From: Candidatus Nezhaarchaeota archaeon WYZ-LMO8
GTDB lineage: Archaea > Thermoproteota > Methanomethylicia > Nezhaarchaeales > WYZ-LMO8
NCBI GenBank assembly: GCA_004347965.1
Contig: QNVF01000001.1
Coordinates: 1-41,723, forward strand
Direction of reading: 5' to 3'
Length of the DNA stretch: 41,723 nt
This document shows positions 27,730 through 36,467 of the stretch, piece by piece (positions within the stretch are counted from its first letter, which is position 1; each line of letters opens with the position of its first letter). The translations under genes and the position numbers were made by a program. Under the pieces are notes generated by a model that searched no databases, was not told where the DNA came from, and saw only the letters and a program-made list of their open reading frames with translations.

Positions 27730-28923
27730 ATGCCAAACTTTCAATTAAGTGAGGAACAACTTGAGATAAAGAGGGCTGTTAGAGAGTTTTGTGAGAAGGA
27801 GTTTAAACCTGAGCTTGCGCTAGAGCTTGATCGAAAAGAGGAGTATCCCATAGAGCTCTATAGGAAGGCAGCTCAATTAGGCTTCACAACAATACACTTC
27901 CCGCAAGAATACGGTGGACAGGGTTATGGCACTTTGGAGATGTGTCTTGTAGTGGAAGAGATGTGTAGAGCAGATCCTTCACTTGGAGTGGCGATATCGG
28001 CCGGGGTCTTCGGTAGCGATCTGATATTAGAGTATGGTACTCAAGAGCAGAAAGAGAAGTACTTGCCCAAGCTATGTAAGGGCGAGTACATATCTGCAGC
28101 AGCCTTTACTGAGCCGAATCATGGAAGCGACATAACTAAATTAGATACCGTAGCCACAAAGTATGGAAATGAATGGTGGATTAATGGAACCAAAACCTTC
28201 ATCACCAATGCGCCGATAGCAGACTTCATCATAGTTCTAGCGCAAACAGACACGAGGGTTAGGCCAACATATCGAGGTCAGACCCTCTTCGTTATCGATA
28301 AAGGTACCCCCGGACTCGAAGTAACTAAACTTAGTAACAAAATGGGGATAAGATGCTCTGTGACGGGTGAGGTTAAACTCGATAACGTCAAGGTCACAGA
28401 CTGGCATATAGTTGGTCAGCTAAATAGAGGCTTCTATCACACCATAGAGTTTCTTGATGCATCTCGTGTTGCAGTTGCTGCCCAAGCTGTAGGCATGGCT
28501 CAAGGCGCGTGGGAAATAGCTTTCAAGTATGCAAAACAGCGAGTGACCTTTGGAGTGCCCATAATACAACATCAACTCATAGGCTGCGGTCTAGCTGAGA
28601 TAGCTACGAAGATCGAGGCTGCTAGACTCCTAACTTACAAAGCTGCTTGGCTCGTAGATCAGTACCGCGAGCAAGCTAAGAAGACAGGTGAGAAAAAGAT
28701 GGATCCTACAATCCCAATGCTGACGTCAATGGCAAAACTGTATGCAAGCCGAATAGCAGTAGAGTCCACTGACTTTGCAATCCAAGTACTAGGCGGGTAC
28801 GGTTATATGGCTGACTACCGCGTAGAGAAATATCATAGAGACGCAAAGATCACTGAGATATACGAGGGTACGAGCGAAATACAAAAACTCACAATACTAC
28901 AATACCTCTTACGATTGTATTAA
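27730..28923 (+). CDS. Acyl-CoA dehydrogenase (start moved to ATG 27730)
   Basis: FTEPNHGSD, INGTKTFITN, KMG, QVLGGYGY, IYEGTSEIQ; GTGAGG SD before MPNFQLSEEQ. Confidence 0.95.
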   Translation: MPNFQLSEEQLEIKRAVREFCEKEFKPELALELDRKEEYPIELYRKAAQLGFTTIHFPQEYGGQGYGTLEMCLVVEEMCRADPSLGVAISAGVFGSDLILEYGTQEQKEKYLPKLCKGEYISAAAFTEPNHGSDITKLDTVATKYGNEWWINGTKTFITNAPIADFIIVLAQTDTRVRPTYRGQTLFVIDKGTPGLEVTKLSNKMGIRCSVTGEVKLDNVKVTDWHIVGQLNRGFYHTIEFLDASRVAVAAQAVGMAQGAWEIAFKYAKQRVTFGVPIIQHQLIGCGLAEIATKIEAARLLTYKAAWLVDQYREQAKKTGEKKMDPTIPMLTSMAKLYASRIAVESTDFAIQVLGGYGYMADYRVEKYHRDAKITEIYEGTSEIQKLTILQYLLRLY

Positions 28924-28955
28924 AGCTTTTAAATTCTCTCACTTCTTATACTTGC
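28922..28955 (+). promoter_or_regulatory. Internal promoter before the enoyl-CoA hydratase gene, with the shared element
   Basis: AAAG-CTTTTAAAT then CACTTCTTATACTTGC, same spacing as at 26481. Confidence 0.55.
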
Positions 28956-28977
28956 TTAACTATTTTGGTGAATATAC

Positions 28978-29766
28978 ATGAGTAAGGCTTATGAGACATT
29001 AAAGATAGAGAGGGTAGACAATATCCTGATAATAACTCTTAACCGTCCTCATAGACTTAATGCCTTTAACGACGTTATGATGGAAGAGCTCTACGATGCC
29101 TTAGTGAATGCTGAGAGAGACCCCTCAATAAGATGCGTTATAATTACCGGGGAAGGAGATAGAGCCTTTAGTGCCGGCGCCGACATAACCGCTTTTCCTA
29201 AGGCTACACCAGTCATGGCTGAGGAGTTTTCAAGGCTTGGACAGGAGGTTTTTGGCTTCATTGAGAGGATGTCCAAGCCTGTGATAGCAGCCATAAATGG
29301 CTTCGCACTAGGTGGAGGTCTCGAGTTGGTGGCAGCATGTGACTTTAGGATTGCAGCTGAGCACGCTGAATTAGGGCAACCAGAGATAAACTTGGGTCTC
29401 ATACCCGGCTGGGGTGGTACTCAAAGACTTGTGAGACTTATAGGTATAGCTAAGGCTAAGGAGCTAGTTATGTTAGGGGGAAGAATCAGTGCTGAGGAGG
29501 CTTTAAAGATAGGCTTAGTTAACAAGGTCGTGCACTATGATAATTTAAGGGAAGAGGCGATAAAACTAGCTCAAAGATTATGCGAGCTCCCACCAATAGC
29601 ATTAAGGTACGCTAAGTTGGCAATAAACTTTGGATCTCAAGCACCACTAGAGGCTGGGCTACGCATCGAATCTGCCTTCATGGGTTTAACGTTCTCAACG
29701 GAAGATCTTAAGGAAGGCGTGGAAGCCTTTATGAGTCGAAGGAAGCCGCAGTTCAAGGGAAGATGA
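28978..29766 (+). CDS. Enoyl-CoA hydratase (crotonase)
   Basis: LNRP, AFSAGADI, ALGGGLEL, QPEINLGLIPGWGGTQRL; both catalytic Glu present. Confidence 0.95.
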   Translation: MSKAYETLKIERVDNILIITLNRPHRLNAFNDVMMEELYDALVNAERDPSIRCVIITGEGDRAFSAGADITAFPKATPVMAEEFSRLGQEVFGFIERMSKPVIAAINGFALGGGLELVAACDFRIAAEHAELGQPEINLGLIPGWGGTQRLVRLIGIAKAKELVMLGGRISAEEALKIGLVNKVVHYDNLREEAIKLAQRLCELPPIALRYAKLAINFGSQAPLEAGLRIESAFMGLTFSTEDLKEGVEAFMSRRKPQFKGR

Positions 29767-29786
29767 TCTTTGAGGTTGTGAAATGC

Positions 29787-30959
29787 GTGAAGAAGGTAGC
29801 TATCATAGGTGCTGGATGCTCAAAGTTCGGTGAAAGGAATGACGTAACGGTAGCAGAGCTGGCTTTTGAAGCTTTTAAGCCAGCAGTAGAGGATGCAGGG
29901 ATAACACCAAAAGACATAGAATTCGTAGCTGTGGGTACTGCAGGGGCTGGAGCATGGTATGAAGAGAACCTTCCTGCCGTCATAGTATCCGAGTACTGTG
30001 GCTTAAGCGGCGCGGGTCTTATGCGTTGTGAGGCTGCATGCGCAAGTGGGAGTGCAGCTTTTGCCTCAGCCTACTGGGCTGTAGCATCTGGTCAAGTGGA
30101 CGTAGCATTGGCTATAGGCGTCGAGAAGATGAGACAGATAGACACGTTAACCATGGTGGAGTTTATCGGTAGAGCCGGTTGCTACCTTTGGGAGTTCCAC
30201 AACTTCGGTTTAACATTTCCAGGCTACTATGCCATGCATGCTACAGCTCACATGGCTAAGTATGGCACAACAGAGGAGGACTTAGCATTAGTCGCCGTTA
30301 AGAACCATAAGTATGCCTCTATGAACCCAATAGCGCACCTTAGAAATAGGGTGACAGTAGAGGAAGCTCTATCATCACCAGTAATAGCGTGGCCATTGAA
30401 GCTCTATGATTGCTGCCCCATAACTGATGGGGCTGCTGCTGTTATTCTCGCTTCAGAAGAAGCAGTTAAAAAGTTTAAAGTTGAAGACCCTATTTGGGTT
30501 GCAGGCTTAGGATCAGCTTGCGGGACGGCCAATCTCAGCAAGAGGAAAGACTATGTTGGGCTAGAGTCGACTGTCATAGCCGCACAGCAAGCCTATAAGA
30601 TGGCTAGTATAACTCCTAACATTGTGGATGTTGCTTGCGTTCACGATTGCTTCACAATAGCTGAGATAATGGCCTATGAAGATCTTGGATTCTGTAAGAA
30701 GGGTGAGGGACCTAAACTGATTCGAGAAGGACAAACAGAAGTTGGTGGAAAGATTCCTGTAAATGTTGATGGGGGTTTGAAAGCGAAAGGTCATCCAATA
30801 GGTGCAACGGGTATCGCAATGCTATACGAGTTAACAAAGCAGTTAAGAGGAGAAGCTGTTGAAAGAAGCAGGCAAGTGCCCTTGAAGAACTACATTGCTC
30901 TAGCCCATAACGTTGGTGGGACGGGCCACTATTGCTATGTAACGATTTTGAAGAGGTGA
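29787..30959 (+). CDS. Archaeal/SCP2-type thiolase (likely start GTG 29787; ORF open from 29763)
   Basis: EAACASGS, CCPITDGAAA, VHDCF, KGHPIGATG, HNVGG. Confidence 0.94.
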   Translation: MKKVAIIGAGCSKFGERNDVTVAELAFEAFKPAVEDAGITPKDIEFVAVGTAGAGAWYEENLPAVIVSEYCGLSGAGLMRCEAACASGSAAFASAYWAVASGQVDVALAIGVEKMRQIDTLTMVEFIGRAGCYLWEFHNFGLTFPGYYAMHATAHMAKYGTTEEDLALVAVKNHKYASMNPIAHLRNRVTVEEALSSPVIAWPLKLYDCCPITDGAAAVILASEEAVKKFKVEDPIWVAGLGSACGTANLSKRKDYVGLESTVIAAQQAYKMASITPNIVDVACVHDCFTIAEIMAYEDLGFCKKGEGPKLIREGQTEVGGKIPVNVDGGLKAKGHPIGATGIAMLYELTKQLRGEAVERSRQVPLKNYIALAHNVGGTGHYCYVTILKR

Positions 30960-30964
30960 ATTAA

Positions 30965-31408
30965 ATGTCATTATCTCCAACTATGTTGCCAACGTTGAAG
31001 GCTAGAGAGGTCAAGGTTGCACCTGAGATTCCTATAAGCAAGACACTTCCTTTCTGGGAAGGTCTTAAGCAAGGAAAGGTCATGACCACGAAGTGTAGGA
31101 AGTGTGGAAAAATATACTTTCCGCCAGTAGCAGACTGTGGAGAGTGCTTATCCTCTGACATGGAGTGGCTGGAGCTTAGTGGAGAAGCTGAGATAGAGGC
31201 TTTCACGCACATTGTTGTTAGACCGCTAACATTTATGAATGAGAGACCCTACACCGTAGCCATTGGCAGGCTTAAGGAAGGCATACGGGTGGTTGCATGG
31301 CTTACTGACTTCAAGAAATCCGAAGTTAAAGTGGGAGTGAAGGCTAAGCTTAAGGCCTTTGTTACTCCCGACGGAAACATCATGTACGTTTTCACAAGAC
31401 CTGATTAA
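30965..31408 (+). CDS. DUF35 Zn-ribbon/OB-fold protein (thiolase partner)
   Basis: FWEGL, CRKCG..FPP..DCGEC, OB-fold C-terminus; directly after the thiolase. Confidence 0.92.
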   Translation: MSLSPTMLPTLKAREVKVAPEIPISKTLPFWEGLKQGKVMTTKCRKCGKIYFPPVADCGECLSSDMEWLELSGEAEIEAFTHIVVRPLTFMNERPYTVAIGRLKEGIRVVAWLTDFKKSEVKVGVKAKLKAFVTPDGNIMYVFTRPD

Positions 31409-31475
31409 CCTGTCTTTCATTACTCTCTTTTTTACATTTATAAGTTATTTTCATCCTCCTTTTTAATAGGGACCC

Positions 31476-33206
31476 ATGTCCTCAGGAGAAAGGATTGTAG
31501 AGAAGGTACATGAAGAGAGGCCATGGTATAAGGTGTATGAGAAGTTCGGCATTAGAAAACATATAGACTATCCAGAGGTATCTCTCCCTGAACTTGCAGA
31601 GAAAGCTGCTCAGAAGTGGCCTAACAGAGCATCTCTCATATTTTACGGTAGAAAAATGTCTTTTAAAGAAGTGAATGTGCTTTTAAGTAAGTTTGCAACA
31701 GCCTTAGCTGATTTAGGTGTCAAGAAAGGAGACGTCGTTGCCCTATTCCTACCGAACTGTCCTCAGTTCGTGATAGCATACTATGGAGCCATGAAGATAG
31801 GTGCTATCATTACGGCTATAAGTCCACTGTATAGAGAGCGTGAAGTCGAGTACCAGCTAAACGATTCGGGTGCTGAGACCGTAGTTACTCTCGATATCTT
31901 CTACCCTGTGGTTGAGAACATTTGGAGCAAAACGAGACTTAAACGAGTTATTGTAACGAGCATGGCAGACTACATGCCGAGAGCTTTAGCCTTCCTCGGC
32001 AGGATGCTTAAGAAGATTCCAACGTGCGAGGTTAAGCCGAAACCAAATGTATACTTCTTTAAGGAGCTAATAGCAAAGTATCCACCCAACCCACCGAAGG
32101 TTGAGATAAACCCAAGAGAAGACATAGCAGTTCTTCAATATACTGGTGGAACTACTGGGCTTCCTAAAGCTGCCATGTTAACTCACATGAACCTCGTGGC
32201 AAACGCTTACCAGTGTTATGAATGGATGAGGGCCGCGGGACTTAAAGAAGGTGAGGAAGTAGGTTTAGCCTTACTTCCTTGGTTCCACAGCTATGGCATG
32301 ACTGTCAGCTTAAACATAGGGCCTGTTGCAGGCATAGCTGGAGTAATACTACCACGTTTTGATCCAAAAGAAGTTTTAGAAACAATACAGAGATATGGTG
32401 TGACCCTGTTCCCAGGCGTACCGACCCTCTACGCTATGCTTCTAGCTCATCCTGACATAGGGAAGTATAACTTAAGGTCCGTGAAGTTCTGCATCTCTGG
32501 TGCCGCACCGCTTCCACCTGAAGTTCAAAGAAAGTTCATGGAGGTTACAGGTGGGGTCTTAGTTGAAGGCTACGGTCTCTCAGAAGCGTCTCCAGTTACT
32601 CATTCCAATCCACTCGATAGAAGCATGAAGCTCGTCAAGATAGGCTCAATAGGGATACCATTCCCAGACACTGACGCAAAGATAGTTGACCCGGAGACTG
32701 GCAAGGATCTTCCGCCAGGAGAGGTAGGTGAATTAGCAGTAAGAGGTCCTCAGGTGATGAAGGGGTACTGGAATAGACCTGAGGAGACGCGAGAAACACT
32801 CAGGGACGGGTGGCTCCTAACAGGCGACATTGCTAGAATGGATGAGGACGGCTACTTCTACATAGTGGATCGTAAGAAGGATATAATCAAATACAAGGGT
32901 CATAGCGTATATCCCAGAGAGCTTGAAGACGTGATCTATGAGCACCCAGCAGTAAAACTATGTGCAGTTGTCGGCAAGCCTGATCCACTTGCTGGTGAGA
33001 TTCCTAAAGCCTTCGTCGTCTTGAAGGAAGGAATGACCGCTACTCCGGAGGAGATCATGAAGTTTGTCAATGAAAGAGTTGCATCCTATAAGGCAATAAG
33101 AGAGATAGAGATAGTGAAAGAGCTTCCAATGACCCTTGTCGGCAAGGTTCTTCGAAGAGTTCTTCGCGAGGAAGAGTTGAAGAAAATGAAAGCCGGGACC
33201 TCATGA
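31476..33206 (+). CDS. Long-chain-fatty-acid--CoA ligase (FadD-like)
   Basis: LQYTGGTTGLPK, EGYGLSE, GPQVMKGYW, TGDIA, DRKKD, VGKVLRR. Confidence 0.94.
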   Translation: MSSGERIVEKVHEERPWYKVYEKFGIRKHIDYPEVSLPELAEKAAQKWPNRASLIFYGRKMSFKEVNVLLSKFATALADLGVKKGDVVALFLPNCPQFVIAYYGAMKIGAIITAISPLYREREVEYQLNDSGAETVVTLDIFYPVVENIWSKTRLKRVIVTSMADYMPRALAFLGRMLKKIPTCEVKPKPNVYFFKELIAKYPPNPPKVEINPREDIAVLQYTGGTTGLPKAAMLTHMNLVANAYQCYEWMRAAGLKEGEEVGLALLPWFHSYGMTVSLNIGPVAGIAGVILPRFDPKEVLETIQRYGVTLFPGVPTLYAMLLAHPDIGKYNLRSVKFCISGAAPLPPEVQRKFMEVTGGVLVEGYGLSEASPVTHSNPLDRSMKLVKIGSIGIPFPDTDAKIVDPETGKDLPPGEVGELAVRGPQVMKGYWNRPEETRETLRDGWLLTGDIARMDEDGYFYIVDRKKDIIKYKGHSVYPRELEDVIYEHPAVKLCAVVGKPDPLAGEIPKAFVVLKEGMTATPEEIMKFVNERVASYKAIREIEIVKELPMTLVGKVLRRVLREEELKKMKAGTS

Positions 33207-33388
33207 TCCTCCGCTAATACTTCTCTATTTTTACGATGTGACTACTAGGCTCAAACATTTCGTGGCAAAGGATTACGCATCAATTAATGTAGAAGTCTAA
33301 GGGATGCCTACCTTTATCCTTGCTGTTATGAGCTACTCTTCTTTCGATTATTTCATTCAAGTTCTCAGGTTTTAAGAAAAGTTAACTT

Positions 33389-34402
33389 TTGGTGTTAAAC
33401 TTGTTTATCGTCAGGATTCCAATAATCTGGCCACCAAAACAGGTCAACGCATACATAGTGAAGGGAGTTAATGAGAGTTTAATAATAGATGCAGGTCCCG
33501 ACCTCTTCTTGAGCAAAGTAGTGCTTCAGAGAGACTTAGAGAGGATAAAGGTGGACTTTAAGAGGAGCGTATTTCTCATGACACACTCACATATAGATCA
33601 TTCTGGTTTAATAGAAAGATGTGCTGGGGGCTCTAAGGTCTATGTGGGCTACAAGGAAGTGGAGTCTCTCTTTAAGGATGAGAAGGAGGAGATAAAAAAT
33701 GTTGTTGCCTTTGCGGTGGAAAACGGCTTTCCAGAGCATACGGCTGCACTAATCACCAGATTCATGTTCAGGCGCCATCCGAAGAAATATTTGGAGCCAA
33801 TACCGTTAAGAGATGGAGACGTCATTGAGGTTGGCGACTATAAATTCAGGTGCATTGAAACTCCAGGTCATACACGAGGTCACATATGTCTCTACGACCA
33901 GGAGAGAAGAATGCTCGTTAGTGGGGATCACATCCTAAGCAACATAACTCCTAACATCTCTTCGTGGAGCTACGAAGAAGACTTGTTAAGCACGTATCTC
34001 TTTAGCTTAAAGAGAACTTACGAAATAAATGCCCACCTCATACTTCCCGGTCACGGAAGGCCGTTCATAGGTTTAAGAAGGAGAGTTCTTGAACTTATAG
34101 ACCATTACAGGAGCAGGCTACTCGAAATATTAAATGTGATAGGCTATCGAAGCTGCGACGCCTACTGGATAACATCTAAAATGAAGTGGAATATGAAATC
34201 TTCTTTTTGGGATCACATGTTAGGTGTACAAGAGTGGCTGGCCTTTGGGGAAACGTTAGCGTGCTTAAACTTCTTAGTAAAACTTAGAGTTATAGAAAGG
34301 AGAACTCTGAGGGGCAGGGCTTTGTACAACATAACGGATGTTGATGCAATTGAGGTATTGAATGACTATTTTTCAAGGCTCTATAAAACGCTAACTTCTT
34401 GA
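33389..34402 (+). CDS. MBL-fold metallo-hydrolase with C-terminal helical domain
   Basis: THSHIDHSG, TPGHTRGH, SGDH, PGHG. Confidence 0.88.
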   Translation: MVLNLFIVRIPIIWPPKQVNAYIVKGVNESLIIDAGPDLFLSKVVLQRDLERIKVDFKRSVFLMTHSHIDHSGLIERCAGGSKVYVGYKEVESLFKDEKEEIKNVVAFAVENGFPEHTAALITRFMFRRHPKKYLEPIPLRDGDVIEVGDYKFRCIETPGHTRGHICLYDQERRMLVSGDHILSNITPNISSWSYEEDLLSTYLFSLKRTYEINAHLILPGHGRPFIGLRRRVLELIDHYRSRLLEILNVIGYRSCDAYWITSKMKWNMKSSFWDHMLGVQEWLAFGETLACLNFLVKLRVIERRTLRGRALYNITDVDAIEVLNDYFSRLYKTLTS

Positions 34403-34599
34403 TGAGCTAACGAATGCTCCACTTAACATCGTGAACATGCGTCAAAATGTTTAATGATACCTCCTCACTTTAATCTTGCAAACTAGACCTGTGGAAAACT
34501 TGATTGAACTTTTTGATAATTAAGCTGAGTAATGAAGGCTTATAAAGTAGCTTTGTGCGAAACTCTATTGATTTAAAAATCTGTAGGAGTGAGTTAAAG

Positions 34600-35391
34600 A
34601 TGAACATAGTAGTATGCGTTAAACATGTTCCAAAGTGCGCTGAAGCTGAGATAAGGATAGACCCTACTGGTAGAGATATAGAGAAGCATGGCCTGGTCTA
34701 CGACATAAATGAATGGGATGACTATGCTGTTGAAGAGGCTGTACGAATAAAGGAGAAATTTGGAGGATCTGTGACCGTTGTAACCGTAGGTCCAGAAGAG
34801 GCTAACAGCACCTTACGAAAATGCCTAGCACGTGGTGCAGACAATGCTATAAGAGTCTACGATCCAAAGCTTGTTGGCTCAGATCCCTACGTCATAGCTA
34901 AGGTATTGTACAAAGTCATTAAGAACTTGCAGTTTGATCTCGTACTAACAGGCGTGATGGCAGAGGATGATGGAAGTGCCACCGTCGGTCCTATGCTCGC
35001 AGAGTTCCTCAAGATTCCGCACGCAACAATGGTCAAGAAGATTGAGCTTAAAGATCATAAAGCAGCTATTGTGCATCGAGAACTTGAAGGAGGTCTCATG
35101 GAGGTCGTGGAGGTGAAGTTGCCTGCGCTCTTCGCTATTCAGACCGGCATTAATGAACCAAGGTATGTTTCAATACTAGGTATTCGTAGAGCCATGCAGA
35201 AGGAGATAAAGGTTCTAGGCCTCAAAGACTTGAGTCTAGATGAAAGCGAAGTTGGTTACGCTGGATCTTGGACCTTGATAGACAAGCTCTTCGTACCACC
35301 TGCTGAGAAAGTATGTCAGTACCTTAAGGGCAGCCCTGAGGAGGTAGCAACACAAATTCTGGGAATATTGAAGTCTAGGGGGTTGTTCTGA
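34600..35391 (+). CDS. etfB: Electron transfer flavoprotein beta subunit (start moved to ATG 34600)
   Basis: MNIVVCVKHVP, INEWDDYAVEEA, GAD, RELEGG, INEPRY; AGGAGTGA SD. Confidence 0.94.
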   Translation: MNIVVCVKHVPKCAEAEIRIDPTGRDIEKHGLVYDINEWDDYAVEEAVRIKEKFGGSVTVVTVGPEEANSTLRKCLARGADNAIRVYDPKLVGSDPYVIAKVLYKVIKNLQFDLVLTGVMAEDDGSATVGPMLAEFLKIPHATMVKKIELKDHKAAIVHRELEGGLMEVVEVKLPALFAIQTGINEPRYVSILGIRRAMQKEIKVLGLKDLSLDESEVGYAGSWTLIDKLFVPPAEKVCQYLKGSPEEVATQILGILKSRGLF

Positions 35392-36374
35392 TGGGGGGGA
35401 TCTTCGTTCTAGCTGAGCATAGACAGCAGCAGTTGAGAGACGTCACGTTCGAGATGTTAACTAAAAGTAGAGACTTAGCCGATAAGATGAACACCACGTT
35501 AACAGCAGTAATACTGGGCAAGAACGTAAAGGAGCTAGCAAAGCCGCTAACAGAGTATGCTGATAAAGTCCTAGTTGTAGAGCACGATTTGCTTGAAAAC
35601 TTCGTCTCCGACTACTATCAAAGCGCTCTCGTTCATTTAATTGACCAGGAGAAGCCGTTGCTAACCATGATCGCGCACTCCTCAATAGGCATGGAGCTAG
35701 CTCCAAGACTCGCTGCGGCACTCAACATCCCCCTAGCAACAGATTGCATAGACCTAACATTTGAAGATGACAGGCTTGTGGTTACTCGCCAGATCTACGG
35801 TGGAAAGATCAATGCAAGGGTCATTGTTCGAAAGGCTGACAGATACATAGTGACTGCTCGTCAAGCTGCTTTTAAAGCTCAGAAGCCACCACGCCCAATA
35901 AACGGGCAGATGATCGAGGTACCATATCAACCTCCCAGCGAGGAGGTTAAGAAGCGCTTTCTAGAACTTGTAACTCCACCACCAGGTGCAGTCGACATAT
36001 CAAGTGCAGCCCTAGTCGTAGGTATAGGTAGAGGAATAAAGGACAAGAGCAACATACCCATGGTCGAAGAGCTTGCTCAAATGTTAGGTGGAGTTGTGGG
36101 CTGCTCGCGCCCAATAGTTGACAAGGGTTGGATGCCTTCTGATAGGCAGATAGGGCAATCTGGCAAGTCCATTAAACCAAAGGTGTACTTAGCTCTTGGA
36201 ATAAGTGGAGCTTTCCAACACCTCGTCGGGATGAAGGGTGCTGAGGTGGTGATAGCTGTAAATAAAGATCCGAATGCACCTATATTCGGCCACGCAGACT
36301 ACGGAGTCATCGACGATCTTTTCAAGATAGTACCAGCGTTAAAGAAGAAGATAGCTGAAGCACGTGGAAGCTAG
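35391..36374 (+). CDS. etfA: Electron transfer flavoprotein alpha subunit
   Basis: GIGRG, GCSRPIVD, QIGQSGK, GISGAFQHLVGM, NKDPNAPIF; TGATG overlap with etfB. Confidence 0.96.
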   Translation: MGGIFVLAEHRQQQLRDVTFEMLTKSRDLADKMNTTLTAVILGKNVKELAKPLTEYADKVLVVEHDLLENFVSDYYQSALVHLIDQEKPLLTMIAHSSIGMELAPRLAAALNIPLATDCIDLTFEDDRLVVTRQIYGGKINARVIVRKADRYIVTARQAAFKAQKPPRPINGQMIEVPYQPPSEEVKKRFLELVTPPPGAVDISSAALVVGIGRGIKDKSNIPMVEELAQMLGGVVGCSRPIVDKGWMPSDRQIGQSGKSIKPKVYLALGISGAFQHLVGMKGAEVVIAVNKDPNAPIFGHADYGVIDDLFKIVPALKKKIAEARGS

Positions 36375-36467
36375 CCCTCAAGACTTTTCACTAACCTTTT
36401 CTCTTTTCTGTCCTAGTCAGCTAATAAGAACAGCATAAGCATTCATAAGATCGAAAAGTTATATAAA

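Noticed and set aside
29763-31408. Mevalonate-pathway thiolase/DUF35 pair
   Set aside because: No HMG-CoA synthase gene is adjacent, and the context is beta-oxidation.
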